Shown: positions 10,926 through 25,900 of the stretch, piece after piece
Layout: each line of letters begins with the position of its first letter
Position numbering within the stretch: position 1 is the first letter of the stretch
Assembly: GCA_904063045.1 (NCBI GenBank)
Contig: CAJFCJ010000012.1
Span: 372,001 to 436,000 of the forward strand
Direction: 5' to 3'
Length of the DNA stretch: 64,000 nucleotides
Origin: Dimorphilus gyrociliatus
Lineage: Eukaryota > Animalia > Annelida
The notes under the pieces: generated by a model
Databases searched by the model: none
Seen by the model: the letters and a program-made list of their open reading frames with translations, nothing else
What the model was told of the DNA's origin: nothing
Translations under genes and position numbers: made by a program

Positions 10926-13900
10926 AATATGAATGCACACACATACTACTCTATATTTATCTCTTTCTCATTGTAAAATTAAACTCTTTCTCATACATTG
11001 TGTATATTAATACTGAATAAGAGAACAAGTGAATATTTTGCTGCTTTTCGTTTTGTTTATTTATTGAGAACAAATGTAATAACATGTATATTGGTTGATT
11101 TATAAATAACAAGATAACATATTAACTAAGATCAGGAATAACAGTGCTGTTTTTGGTAAAATTAAAAACATGCCTGCTATGCTTTTGGGATATAAGGACT
11201 GTTTATTGTCTAGAAAGAATATTGTAAATAGGTGACTAGTTATAAATGTATTTATATGTCTTTCAGACTTCCATGTAATCTGATATATTGGCTAGGGACG
11301 CAATGTTATTGAACTTTATTAAAATATGTTTATCATTATTATTTAAATATATTTTTTGCCAATAATTCAGGCGTTTTAAGCGTTTACTTCTTTCTCTTTT
11401 TTACTAAATGTAAGTTTTTCTTGCTTTTTTCTTAAGTATAAAGAGAATAATACTGGTAAAGCAAAATTGAAAATGCTCATCGCGATGGTTACGAGAGATC
11501 ATTACGCAAAGCAAATATATTCTTATTTATAAGAGACAATTAGCCTGAGGCTTTAATATAATTTGTCTTTGAAATTATGCTAAAAAATGTTATTTTTAAG
11601 TATTTAGAAGAGAAAGGTGTACAATCACTTTGAATGTAAATAACAATGTTTATTTTCTTTGGAATAAAGTAACTGTTATTTTGAATTTCAGAATATCATC
11701 AAGTTAACTTAGATTACTGATATCTAGAGATTTTCAATTGTTAGTTAATTTAATACTATTAATTATGTAGCGTATATTTGCAATATGTTTTAATAAGAGA
11801 GCAATGAGCAATAATAGGGGATAGTTTTTTGTAGAAGAACCTTTTAAATCAGTTATAAGTTAATATTTTATATTACTAACCTATTATTTGAGACAAAGAG
11901 AAAATATTTATTAGTGATTAATTATTACAAAATATTTAATTACTTGGTTTAAGTAATTCGTTATTTGGAAGTATTAGTTATTTATAAATTTATTTTCATA
12001 TGTTACAAGTCCAAAGAGTCTACGACTCCAAAGAGAGTAAACCACCCGAAATAGTCCGTGATAGAGTTCAGTATCTGGAATACATAACAAATTAGAATTA
12101 ATGTTTCACTCGAAAAAATATATTATATACAAATTCAAACCATCAAAAGGTTTCAAGTAAGTCTGGTCAGCAAAAAGTCTGCTTGGTGGACGTAAAGCAT
12201 CTAGAATAACATTAAAAGCCTTCTAAGCTATAAGAGACGGTGAAATTCCAGTAAAAATCCGATTGTAATAAAGGTGTTAAAGAAGTTCCTGTCGAAATGA
12301 TTGCATCTGTTAAAAGAGTATTTTTTTCTCCGCTTAAGGAATCAAAAATACTATTTTTCGTAGAAAATACTAATAAAAGACACGTGTGTGTGTTTTATTT
12401 TGTTCTTACATCCTTAAAGCTTTAATTAAGTAATTAAGATCTTAACCTTACTTTAATCAGAAATACAAATTGAATTTTCGCAATTTTGACGACATTTATG
12501 AAAAAATTAACAACAAAAACAATATAAAAAATTTGTTATCAAGTATTTTTAATTTAGTTTTAAATAATGTTAATGTTCATGCTTTCAGAGATAAATTGAA
12601 GGAAATTTATAATCGAAGGCAGACAGCTCAAGTCAGCATATTTCGATTTTCAATATCTATATTTTTATTATTAGACAAAAAATTGAATATTATAGCATGT
12701 TTAAAGCAACACAAATATTTCGTTAAGGAAACTTATCGGTTTGGATTTTAACTCTACTTACCTACAGTATATACATAATAGTATATATAATAATTAATCC
12801 AAATGAAAACAAGTACATTAATACATTAGATAACAAAAAGAAGTAAACATTAACCTTTTTATTCAACTCACCATTCTCCGGTAGTGTACATTTTACTATT
12901 AATTTGCTGGTTATTATTTAAATATAACTTAATATTGATTATGCTATTAAACACAGAATTCTAAGTATGTAAACAAATGAATTTCCCTGAAAGTTTAAAA
13001 CACGTATTAACAATATAAGTATTTCTTATTTGTATGGTTTTTTCATATTGTAGGTAATTTTCTAGATGATCCATTCTATTTCTAAACGTCTTAAACTATA
13101 CGTTTTATTAGTAATATGATTGTCAAAAACACCTGTCAAAAGAATATCCTAATGCATATAATATTTCTTAGAGTGCGAAGCTAGTTAACAGGAATATCCA
13201 AAAAATGGATCTCTTTAAAAGAATTGATAATCATAGCTACAGTTAGCAACAAAAGAATAAACAATAGCGCTATTTTAAGTACTCTCTTTTTCTGGCTTAT
13301 GTCATTGAAAGTAATTTATTCTCCTGTCCTCTGTTCGAAGACTGCTAATACTCTTAACACAAATTACTTTTAACGTAATTGTTTCTTCTCTAATGAAACA
13401 TTATTAAAATTATACAAGTAAAAACTGGTATTCTACAACGTAAAATAAAAAAGTTTTTATCTTTTACCTGTGAGATTTTTCACAGAGAAACAATCTCCCT
13501 ATAGGTTATTTACTTTTAGTTTTAAATTCTTACTCATCTTATCTTGTTTACTAATATTTAATCTACTCGATTAATCATTTCCCTCAATATTTTCTCGAGT
13601 TACTACACAGAGGAAAACTTAATCTATCTTAATAGCTGAGTTTAAGCATAAAATATCTTTTAGAGAGTATTTTCAATATTGAATTTATGGTTTCATCCTC
13701 CTAAAGACCTGGTGTTTAACAGATTTTGACACTAATTTTCAAGGGACTAGGTCCTTAAGAATATATTTTAACGAAATGGAAACGACTTTTTTACCCTTTT
13801 ACCCGACAGAATTGTATTTTATATTATATTAAACGAAATATAAGAGACTCTAGGATGGCCTTTGGTTGTGTATCAAAGGTCATTTATTTCACTTTCTTCT

Positions 13901-15426
13901 TCTAAATGCTGTCTTAAAAGTAGTAAAATGATTTTTTTTTGTTTTTTCCCCTAAAAATATGTACAAACACTGGAAAGCGGAGGGGAAAAATACATAGATG
14001 ATAAGGTTTAGTATATTTCAACTACTATTAGCTTCCAATGTGTTTTTCACTTTTAGACGAACGTCTTTTATTCGATACCATGATATTTTTTTTCATGATT
14101 TGATTAGCTCAATTTTTATGAAAATAGAAAAATGTAACCTCGGTGGTACTGCTAGCTTATTAATGATTATATTCCTAAACTAATTCAACAAAGCGTTAAG
14201 GGTAAAACTATTTGCACCCTAAACATAAAATGGTAAGCCCAAGTTGTGCGTAACTATTTGATATCCATTAATCTCTTTCTATCAATTTAGTGATCCGTAA
14301 AACTAATTAAAATCCTTTTCTGGACATATTTTTGTTTCCGAGACAAAAACATCAAAATTATAGAAAATTTGAAACGCTATCCTTGAGAGAAGGCATTGAG
14401 TCGAGCTGGAAATCAACTATCTCATTATGACTGGATGAAATCTCTGACTGCGATTAGTTATCATTATCTGTTTGATACCCTCAAATAGGCACCTACTTTT
14501 CAAGGTTAATTGAACAAGTTATTGACAGTTCCCTTTCTTTACAAAGTGTATTTCGTCATTATTTTATTTATCTCTCCAACAAAAACTGATATAAATGCTG
14601 AAATACAAACTATTTAAATCAGAAATTTAGTAAGAATAGAACTCAATCAATTTATTAATAATCTAAATATAATTATTTTAGATAAATCCAACCAACATGA
14701 ATTTAATAAACTGACTTTCTTATTAATTTTTTTTCCATTCTAATTAAAAATACATAGTCACGCTCTACCAAGTTTATCTAATTAATCGAATAATTCGCAA
14801 CGCTGAAAAGTCAAAGAGAATGGGAAATAGATATTGTATAATATTTTATACTTATTGAATAAGCAACTAGATTTAAATGTATTGTTTTGTTTATATAAAT
14901 TTTATACCTATAAATAAGTTAACTTATTAAGTAATTAATCTAACTAATTAATTAATTATGTAAATGTTCAACTCTTCAAACAAAACGAATTATTATTGTA
15001 TTTTAACTATTTTAGAATTCGTAAAATATAGATGGCATCATTTTCAATATGTAACAATTCCATATAGAGTTCTATATAAAATGAAAAGAGATAATAGTAT
15101 AGCTGTATACATTAGAGAATTTAAAAGAGGTTTTTATTATTGCTGAACCTACAAAAGTTATTACAAAATTACTTGACTATTAAATAACATTATAATAGTT
15201 TCTTTCCTTTATCTTTTAACAATTAGCCTAATATTTATTTATAGAATATTTTAAATAAAAACTATATTTATTTATTTATGATAAATTTAATAAAAATCAC
15301 TTAATGACTTAAATTCTGGTTTATGTGCAAGTGTAATGGAAAATAAATGATTTCTTTTAACGAGGACAATAAAAGAAATACAGAATAAAAACATGAAAAT
15401 TGACACAGAAACACGTACAACAGGCA

Positions 15427-18245
15427 TCAATCTATCAGAGATTTCCATTTATCTCTATTTGCCAAAACGCGTTCAACAAGATTCTGAAAATTGGTATCTA
15501 AAGTAGAAAGAGCCTGTACGGTAGAAAAATAAAGAATTTAACAGAATATCTAGCAAAAACAGTAATATTGTGTTGTTACCTGATATAGAGGGAGGCAAAT
15601 CTGATCAATCCATCCGATTTGCAAATTAGGAAGCTCATCTCTTTTTTTCATATTAATAGAATGCATCGATTGTATTTGTAAAGCCTTTTCTTTTTTGCTT
15701 TGTTCGTAAAATTCTTCCATTACTAGGTTAGCAGCCTGTAGATGGCGTACATAGTAAAGTATTTTTTTTTGACAAACTATCTTTATTTTTTCTCTAAAAT
15801 TCGAAGAAAAACTTTCCAAAAGAAGAAGATTCACTTACTTGATATTGAACATTCCAGTTTTTTGTTATGGCTCCTATATCACATGCCGTCATAAGAATAG
15901 ATCTAATAGTGTTATTATCAGGTTTTGTAATGTGATTATCTTTTATCCACAGTTTTCTTTGACTGCAATAAACTTATTCATAAGAAACATATGTTAGATA
16001 AAAAAAAATTGAATTTGGTTAACCTCATATGTCGTCCTAAATCTGTGGCCAAAATAGCGTCTTTCATCATACTAATAACTGTTTGATAATCACTGGAAGA
16101 CATTTGGGAAAATATATTATGGCCTTTACTATTCAAAATGGTAATTGCTTGGTTGAAGTGATGATGTTCAAGTGTAGCACTTGTGCCATATAATTGAGCT
16201 AGGGCTGAGTCACTTCTACAAAGATAAAATATTTTAGCTTAATAAATAGGGAATATGCATTTTTCTTACTTTGATAAGAATGCATTATTAGTACCCCGAT
16301 GGTCAACATCATGACATATGCACGCAACAGCAAGACCTAATTTTTCTAACATAGTTAAATTACCTCCTAACCTTGTATTCTAATGGTGAAAAAAAAAGAG
16401 TATATTAGAAAATACATCCTATTTTCTGATAGCTTAGAATATAAATGTACACACGTTAAATATAGCAAACATTAACTGACAAACATTAAAAGCGTGCCTC
16501 CAATTGTGATATGCAATTGATCTATAATTTTTTCGAACAGCCAAAAAGAACCTGCAGACAGTCTAAAAAAAAAGGGAAATAGAACTGTTTAGAGTATATA
16601 AAAAGGGAAAAGAACATTTTTACTCTCTTTATTTAATTTAATTTAATTTGTAACATCTGATATATTTATTACCTCTTCATTCATAGAAAAATGTGATATA
16701 AATTCCATTTTATGAAATAAATCAATAGTTGCTTTTAGCATCTGGTCAGAAGATAAACTGAAATCATCAAATGTTAACCTATGTATCTCATCCCTGTCGT
16801 ATTCAATTTGTTTGGCCTGTAAAGATAAATTAATTTATTTATAGCTTTTATTAAAGAAGGGAAATCAGTTAAAAAAATGCGTTAAACTTATTAATGTAAT
16901 AAAGTTTGCTAATCTGTTAAAGTTTTTCTATAAATATCTCTTTTTTTTCTATTTATCGCATTCATTTAAAGCTACTTATTTTAAATGATAATCGTTTTAT
17001 TTATGAAACCTGAAATTCTTTCATTTCTTCAACTGGAACTGTTGTATGATAAGATAAAACCTGTTGGATAAGAAAAGAAACAACATTAACTGACGCCATC
17101 TATTGAAAGGAAAAAGAAAGACAAACGAGAAAAAATAGTTTACATTCAAATAAGAGTATTGTCTGATCACGATGACGTTCTTTAGGTTTATTTTAAGTAC
17201 AGTTTGTTACTATTCTTAAGCTTCGTGGATAGAAGATTAAATATAGAGCTACTGATTTCATTAATAAGGATCGTTATTTTCCTTATAGACTATGGAAATT
17301 GAAATTTCATGCTGAAATTTTTGCATGAATTAAAATTTTACATTTGTTTTCTTTTCGTAAAAGACTTATAAAAGAAGAGTAATAGCTTATTTAGAAGGAA
17401 ATGCAGTAAGTGACCTGAATTCGAATTTCTACCGCAATTACTAATATCGCCTTTAACTGCATGTAAATTAATGATCTTATTGAGGAAGAGTAACATTTAG
17501 ACTCGTATATTGGTTTACCTCTAGAGCAACAGTCCGTTGAGCTGACGCTTTAGAAATTTCATCGTATAAAATACAATTGTTAATTGCTAAACCACAAAAA
17601 ATACTGTAAGCCTGTTGAAATAAAAAAATAGAATAGATAAGATTTATATAAAGAAAACAATAAGAATGGAATAGTAAAAGAAAAAGATTAATTATCTTAC
17701 GCCAAAGAGCATTTCATCGTATTCCTGGAACGTTCCAAAATGTTTATTTAATAACATTATCGCACCAAGTTTTCTTGATTCTGAATTTAAAATTGGCTTG
17801 CAAAATAAACTATTTACTGGCGTTTTAATATTCCTCAACAGTTCCTATAGAAATAAAATGCAAAATAATCAGACTTCATTAATGCGTATCTCAATAATAT
17901 ATTAAATATTAGTAAAATGAAAAAACTGTTACAAGTACATCATTCACATCCTCTGTGACGATTTTAATATCCTCTTCTATGAATAGAGAACGCTTAGCAA
18001 TAGCTCCCAGCTCGTAAAAGGGATGCTTGTGACTACAAAAGAAAAAGTTATACTTTATAAACGGTAATCAGAAATTATAATATACTGTATAAGAAAGTAG
18101 ACATATATACAGTATTTATGAATCTACATTCATATTTAATATATTCCGTTTAAGAATATAAAAGTATTCTATTCATAAATCTTTCTTCTAAATAAGTACA
18201 TTAAAGATGGTGGATTATGCAGAAATTCATATACTGTATATATAA

Positions 18246-18287
<42 letters not shown>

Positions 18288-18311
18288 ATGAAATATATAC
18301 TGTAAATACTG

Positions 18312-18342
<31 letters not shown>

Positions 18343-21300
18343 ACTGTATATATACTGTGTATACTGTATAACATACATAGTAAATGTAGATTAATATAAA
18401 ACACATATATTCTATTCCATTCACTTGATACATAAATGTGTTTAAAACAAATCTATTTAGGCAAGTTCCATATATTTTACTTTCTTGAATATGTAATGTA
18501 TAGCTTCTATAACAAACATAAGTCTAATTGAAGAAACCTTCTTTTTCTTACATGTCAGAAATAATATAAAGAAAAAAAATATGGACAATTCTTTCCTATT
18601 TGTCTAAAAGATAAATTTTCTCTTAACAGTAAAAAATAGGTTACTCTATGTTTTCATTTCCTTCTATACAGAATATAAATTCAAAGCTTTAGTCAATTAT
18701 TAAAATTACTTTGCTAGGAAGACGATTTTAACATTTTAATTATTTGTAAATAATAAATGTAGTAATGGTAGTAGTAGTAGTAAACACATTAATATGTTAG
18801 TACTCTAATTCAGTTTACATACAGTATATATGGAATTATACAAAAAGCAACACAAAAAAAATAAAAAAGGGTTATATTACAATCTAAAAATGCTAAAGAG
18901 TGTTGTCATGGAATAAATATACAGAAAAAAAACAGAGAGGGAGAGATTGCGAAGCGGAACTAATTAGAAAGAAAAACATAAAAATATACTTTTTTCTTGG
19001 ATTTAAATGAATTTGAAAGAATAACTTTTGTATAAGTTTAATAATAAAGAAAATTGATATTAAGATAGTATATTAAGTAATTAATATAGCTTTTTAGTTG
19101 CTTTCTTTCAGTTTCTTATGTAATTTTACCTGAATTTTTCTCCATCATTTGGACCATTAACGGTGAATATTTTCGAAAATTTTATTTCCTGTACATTCTA
19201 ACATAAAAAAGACTTCCATTATTTAAATACCACATGCTTTTGGCCTGATTTTACTTGACTTTGTTCATCGTCCAGGAGAAAAACGCAGCAATCTTGGCAA
19301 TCAAATAAACTCCTCGCCTTAATAGTTATTTTAAACAGCAAATTTCCCAGGATTCGCTCTTCCTCAAATAGTTCATGAACTACTTCTAAGAGAATCTGAA
19401 AAAAAATATACGGTTACCTAGGTAACAGAGGATCAAGTGCTTATTAAATTTCGAGCAGTCATATACGTGCAAGTAATATTTATTTTTAGGAATATACATA
19501 TAATGTGTTTAATTCTCTGGCAGAAATCGTCTTCAATTTAAGAGTTCAAGAAAAAAACACCAACCTTGTTTCGTTCGTAGTCTTTCTCATAGTTTCCAAC
19601 ACTTTCGGCGTTGCATATCGCCATAGAACAAAATGCAGCATAGGTTTCCAAAAGCTGTGAAAAAATAAAGAAAAGAGAGATCAAATATCGATTATATTAT
19701 GGTTTTTTTTTATTTCATTCTTTATATTCAGCTAATGAGAGAAAGTAAACTGTATTATTTTTGTTCTGTGTCTACAACTAAGTTTTCTCAAAACTAGCTA
19801 AGAAAATATGGGGAAATAAATGTATTAGTATATATTAGTAGATATATATATATATTACTATATTAGCTAATATAGTATATTTAAATAGTAATTTATTGAA
19901 TACACTTCAATATAATTGGATTTATGAGAGAAATAAATTAAAAAATAAGAGCTCATTTGGTTTAATATTCTTTGTTTTTAATTTAGAATATTAACCTAAT
20001 AAAGGTAAGAAAAAATCTAGTAATATTAAAAATATAAAACTAAGAAGAGAAATAGATGGACAAAATGATATATACACAAAAATAACAAATGATTATAGTC
20101 CATTAATTGTTGTTGATTACTGTTTATTATCTACCTTATTAAATACGTTAGGATAATTATAAAAAATACTTCAAGAAATTATTAGGCATTTTTAACGAGT
20201 TTTTCCATACTAAGCATCTAATCATTTATCTCTATTGGTAAGGGTAAACTAGACGCTTTTGATGTAGTTATATGAAAAATTGTATAAATATCCGTTACTG
20301 TAAACAAATCATTTCCTTTTTCTCTACTAGAATAAATAATTAATGTATTATTGTAGAATTGTAGAATTGTACCAAGTTAACCTTCACATTAACTCCTCAC
20401 CTGAAAGCGTATACCTAGCAGACCTACAGTACAGGGTAACGGAACATCTTAGAATATTATTTGTATAAATGTAGTATTTGTCATTTATATAGTATACATA
20501 TAATGTATATGTTATTTTTCATACAAATCTTATATTTGTAAAAGCTAAGAGAATTTTTAATTACACCTTTAGACAATCATGTAATTTGATATAGGTATTT
20601 TGTATTATGTCTGAAAGTGACGTGCCGTTAATAGAATCATTGTCTGAAAGGTCTTCGATATTGTACAAGTTACTTACTCTATTCGTGAATAGAATATGTC
20701 AACTTATACATTGAAAGTGAATAAAAAAATAAGAGTAAAACTTTACCTTTTCATCCCTTTGAGTAAATCCTTCGTTTAAAACATCATTACTTCTCTCCAA
20801 TTTCATTTTGTTAACAGCTTGTAACACGGCTATAACTTCCCCGTCTCGTCCTTTTATTGGCATACAAAGCATGTTTTCTATGTTTTCCCGAATTTCTTCA
20901 GCAATCGATGCGTCAACGCGGCTTAATTGCAGCTGGAAGATGAGAAGATTTTTTTTCTTTATTGAAATCGAATATTTTGATTATTTACAACCTATCTAGT
21001 CATACAACTAAAAAATGTATTAAAAAGATGTAGACAAACTATCTTTATTAAATATTTTCCAATCAATAAATAAAAAGTCAATGAGATTGTAAGAATACTA
21101 TATAAACGATATTTAAATGCATTTTTATGATAAGCTAAATCCTCTCATCATAACAAATAATTTATAGGAATAGCGTTAAGTTATCATTGAATTATTATTA
21201 TTATTATTATTATTAATATACTTATATGTATACATATATAAGTTATGATACAGCTTTGTAATCTAATGTAAGATCCTCTTATTCTCCACTATTTAGTTTG

Positions 21301-22667
21301 CCACCAAGGCCTATAGTTGTATTTCATGGAGAAAACAAATATCAATAATAGAAGAGTCGACTGCAAAGAAGAAGAAAAGGAGGAGAAGGAGAAGGGGCAA
21401 ACAGAAAAGAAGACTGTAGGAGTGACAGAAGAAAGAAAAAATTTCAAGTTTTATTGTTCTAAATCCTTTGAATGGACATTTTTTTGTACAAAGTAATAGT
21501 TTAGGTTAATTGTACAAATTTATTAAGATTAAAAGGTAAAAGTTTAAAAATCAATTATATAATAATATATATATATATATATATATATATGCTGTATATA
21601 TGCTGTATAATACAAATCAATATAGTATAAAAGTACAGTATGGATATTTTTTATGAAACATGAAATCTTCTGGAAATAGTTTTAAAGAAAATGATTGAGA
21701 CCAAGTTGTTATAGGCTTATTTGGAATCCTTATACCTAATTAGCCACGTTACAATATACAATAAGTAAAATTTTTACCTAGTGTTTACAGGAAAAAGAAA
21801 AACTATAAATAGATATGTAAATATAAAATGCAACATAAAAAGCATAAACTGTACGTAATAAATATTCTTGTTCTGGCGTAATCGTAGACTTTTATATATC
21901 ATATTTTATCAAGAGAATAGTTCTTATATGTACTATACATTCTATACACTTTTTAATCATGCATAAAATTATAACTGGCGTCTAAATATATATATAAATA
22001 CTGTATATAAAATATGCTAAATAAGTTTCAATTGCAAAATAATCTAGTCACTTACCATCTCTATGGGACGAAATCTTAGACATTTTTCCGAAGCCACACA
22101 TTTCGCTAAATATCCACCAACATCACTTGCCTTATCATCCAATATCAATCTTCCTTTCTTAACCTTCAATAATTCTACTTTTGTTGCAGATAGTAATATT
22201 TCAGCGTTAACTGATATTTTCTTTAAAATACTTGATAATTGTAAATCATATGCAATATCTTTGACTATCTCAAGAAAAAAATCTGTTTCATTAGAATCTT
22301 TTAATTTTCTTTTCATAAATTCATTTTGAGATGAAAATCCTGTGGGAATTTTCACTTTGGATTGAATATAATCGGACAGCAAAAAATTAGCAGACGACGG
22401 TAAACTAAAGCAATGCCTTAACTCTCTTCTACTTCCTCGTCTTTTTTGAAATTTTTGAGAATCCTCCGAGCATTCGTTTATTGTTTGTAAAGTTTTAAAT
22501 TTTGTTTGTAGAATTTGTTGTCTAGATTTTTGAAGATCAGTAACAGGTTTATAACTATTTTTTAACAGCCATTTATTAACTAAGGTTAATTTTGCCTTTT
22601 TCAGGAAATAATTCTCTACAAAGGCTTCATTTACATCCAACCATTTTGTTATATCGTCGGGATTCAT
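15427..22667 (-). CDS. PDE11A: PDE11-like cyclic nucleotide phosphodiesterase with two GAF domains; 16 coding exons, about 796 aa
   Basis: Exons on minus strand: 22667-22056, 20932-20747, 19654-19565, 19395-19255, 19188-19130, 18032-17939 (donor could be 6 nt further), 17844-17701, 17611-17519, 17060-17010, 16816-16673, 16562-16455, 16379-16270, 16215-16024, 15962-15839, 15735-15580, 15513-15427. All are GT-AG and phase-consistent. Motifs: N-terminal [18 protein letters not shown] (PDE11-type), [34 protein letters not shown], and catalytic [75 protein letters not shown]. Confidence 0.92.
18232..18372. repeat. (TA)n compound microsatellite in a PDE intron
   Basis: Directly visible; interrupted by TACTGTA. 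Confidence 0.9.
21565..21590. repeat. (TA)n microsatellite in the first coding intron of the PDE gene
   Basis: Directly visible. Confidence 0.9.
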
Positions 22668-22909
22668 ATTTTGTTCTGCTTAAATATAAAATATACAAAA
22701 AAACAATTGTTCACAATGTCTAATAAGGATATTATTAATAAATTCTACGAAATAGTTATGAAGTCAGCACAATAACAGTTAGATTTAGAGCGTAAATGAA
22801 AAAATAAATACCTGTATATACTTATAAATCAAACGTCATCCAAAAATTTACCGAACATCTAGCACTTGAGATAACTCTAGTGTTAATGAGGAATTTTTCA
22901 CCGATAAAA

Positions 22910-22921
22910 CGCCATCTGGTG
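22910..22921 (-). promoter_or_regulatory. CTCF-like motif CACCAGATGGCG upstream of the PDE ATG
   Basis: Close match to the CTCF core. The ATGGCG part also resembles a YY1 site. Confidence 0.4.
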
Positions 22922-25900
22922 TCTTTCAACTCTTCTCCATTTTTTTCAGTGCAATTAATTACTCGGCATTCGTTGATAATTTGTAGCCAATATGTATCAA
23001 TTAAGGTGAAAATTTTTCATAGTAGAAGGAGAGATTTATTACTGACCTAGTCAAATATTTATACTAAACATTTGCTTTGACAGGGGATTATCGACGTATT
23101 TCTGATACGGGATTAGTATAACTGATTTTTCTTTTTCTTCTATTTACTTAAATATTAGACACGTTTTGTCATCAGACAAACTCTAAGTGTAATTAGTTTC
23201 AATGGATGGTTATTTTTGCGTAAATAACTTAAATAATCTTTCTAGTCTTTAAACTAATAGATATTTTATCATACTTGTTCTTTGTATGTATTATTTGCAG
23301 AAGCCATCTGAATAGTAATTTCTTACAGTCTTTTTATATTTTCTTTTAACTTTTAACGATTTTAAAAGCATTGTAATTATACAAAAAATATAGCTTCGGA
23401 AATAGAACCTGCAAAGGATGAAGAAAAGAGGTAGATGAGTTAGTAGGAAGACAGCAAATATACCTTTTAAACGTTTATACTGTATATTTATATGTATATA
23501 AATGTATAGAGAATAGAAGGTTAATAATGTTAAAAGAATCTAGAATTCAGCTCTGATTTTTCTCTATTTCATCACCTGTTGTTACTCTATCTGTTAGCAA
23601 AGTAAAATGTAGCTTTGTGTGTTTGTCTTTACTCAGTTTATTAACTTTCTATTAGACTTTGAAATCAACTTTATTCTATTTTATTATGAAAAGGGGAAGT
23701 TTCTAAAATATATTGTTAAAGTTTTATTTATTTCTAAAAGACTCTGTCATTTGTTCTATCCTATGCTTCCAATATGAAATGTAAACATTTCAGTGTTAGT
23801 CTAACACCTCATTAAAAGAATTATTTTATGCTTCAAACACAAACATTTTAAATAAACATACAAGATTTTTCTTAAAGGTGAAAAGTAAATTATACTGAAC
23901 GTAACATTTTTAACCTTGAAAATTTGCATGAAACTGTATTCTATCAAGAGAAGGGCGAAAAAGCATTTTGTAAAATAATAATTACACTTAATTATTAATA
24001 TAAGTATATATATAAGTAAGCTCTTTTAAAATATTTCTTCATATCTTTTCTGTGTATCATTAAGTTTTGATTAAACATAATTTTAATTAAGCAAAATGCA
24101 ATAGACATAAAAAAAAACAACTTTTTAATAAAAAAAAATGTAAAAACAGACGACACTCTTGTCTTTTTTTATTCTGTACCTTCTCTTCATTTTTAATATT
24201 GAAGAAATTCTATAAAGAAAGACTCATTTAAGTTAGACTTACTTATTGTTTTCTTTTTATCTATCATTTTTCTTACTTAGAAAAAGACGGAAATTTTCTT
24301 TTTATGATTGTAATGATAAGGCATGAAACTTTAATTTCCTTAAAATTGAAGACAAAGAAATAAAGAGAGACAGAAGGAAAAGAAAGAAAAAGAAAGAATT
24401 GAAAAAGAAGATATAAAATAGGCCAACGTTACATTTTGCTGATGCTTCTGATGATTTTTTGGAAAATTTATAAGAGAAATATTTCTGTCTTTATTAATTA
24501 CAGCTTGACAAAAGTATATTTAGATTATTTATCTGCTATATATAAATAACATAGCTAACGAATAGTACCTTTAACTTCCCTAACCTAAAAAAAAATCAAT
24601 ATCATGTCAGTAACATTCAATTTATTATAATAATTTGCCCAAAATACATTTGTTAAACATGATCAAAAAGAAGATAGTATTATATTTTTAGATATGAAAC
24701 TTTCAATAAAGTTAAAACTAATAAGTTAGGCTAAAGTTGAATTTATCAGTTTATTTTGTAATACTTACCAGATATAAATATACATATATATACTGTGTAT
24801 ATAATGAACATACAGTATATATATATACATTATATGTGATATACATCGTGTCTATCCTTCAAAACCAATATTAATACAATCATAATGAAACATATTTTTA
24901 AATATATCATAAGAATATAAATGAAATATCAATTCTTTCTGCTTAGTCAGTATATAAAAAGAGCAAAATTGATGGCGCTTCCATGCAATCGTGTATCCCT
25001 TCAATTTATGCACTTCATAACTTGAAGGTGAGCATACTACGTTACTTTTATGGCTTGGCGTGATTTGTTAGTTTTGTTTTATTTTCATTGCATTTCTTTT
25101 AAAGTATAAACAATGTTATAATCTCATATCTTAATATAAACAAATGTTTTTCAATTCTTTGCCTTAATACCCTATATTTACGTTTGTAAAGGGAATGAGA
25201 AAATGTTGTAAAAATAGAGAGATAATTTAATTTTTCGTCTTGTTTTACCAATTTTGCAGATCTTTATTAATTTTGTGTTTGATAAAAAATGTTGTAAAAC
25301 TGAAAAAGAAAAGCATAATTAAATCGTAAGAATAAAAAAGAATCTTCTTAGTCTTTTAAAAGAGACATCTGTATCTCTATCTGTCTCGGTTAGAACGACA
25401 AATAGAGACATTTACTTAAAAACTTGCACAAAGTTTAAAATAATACATTGTAATAATAGCTGTCTTTCAAATATTCTATTTCCGTAAAGAATCTCAAATT
25501 AGTGGTCGCAAGGTCTTTTGGTAGAGGTGATAGCTTTTAAGAGAAGAATAAACCTGTGAAATTCTAAGTACTCTCTTTTTACTAATAAGGTATTAATTGG
25601 ACGAGTTATTCGTTTTATAAATACACACATATAAAATTAGTTTTGTTATAAAAAATATCGAATTAGTTAAACTATTTTCTAAAAATAGTATCTTTATTTG
25701 TACTTCCAGCAAACCTTCTGCTTGAAAAAACTTGCCCCTGTATTTTTGCTTTGCTGAGTTTTTATTTTGTGATTTTTACAATGTATTATTCTTTCTTATT
25801 TTATATATATATATAGTTTTTAGCCATTTTGATGGTAAAAGCAGATTTGCAGTATTTTTATGTTTTAAAATGAATCTTTTTAAACTTCAGAAATTTCAAG

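Noticed and set aside
18201-18433. Track ORFs rich in YI repeats
   Set aside because: These are translations of (TA)n microsatellite inside a PDE intron.
18904-18914. TGTCATGGAAT resembling the start of miR-281
   Set aside because: The 3' half does not match and there is no hairpin partner.
20808-22329. + strand ORFs 20808..20999 and 22063..22329
   Set aside because: Antisense shadows of PDE exons with no independent features.
24761-24769. ATACTTACC as the 5' end of U1 snRNA
   Set aside because: The match stops after 9 nt (no TGGCAGGG). It is simply the complement of a 5' splice site.
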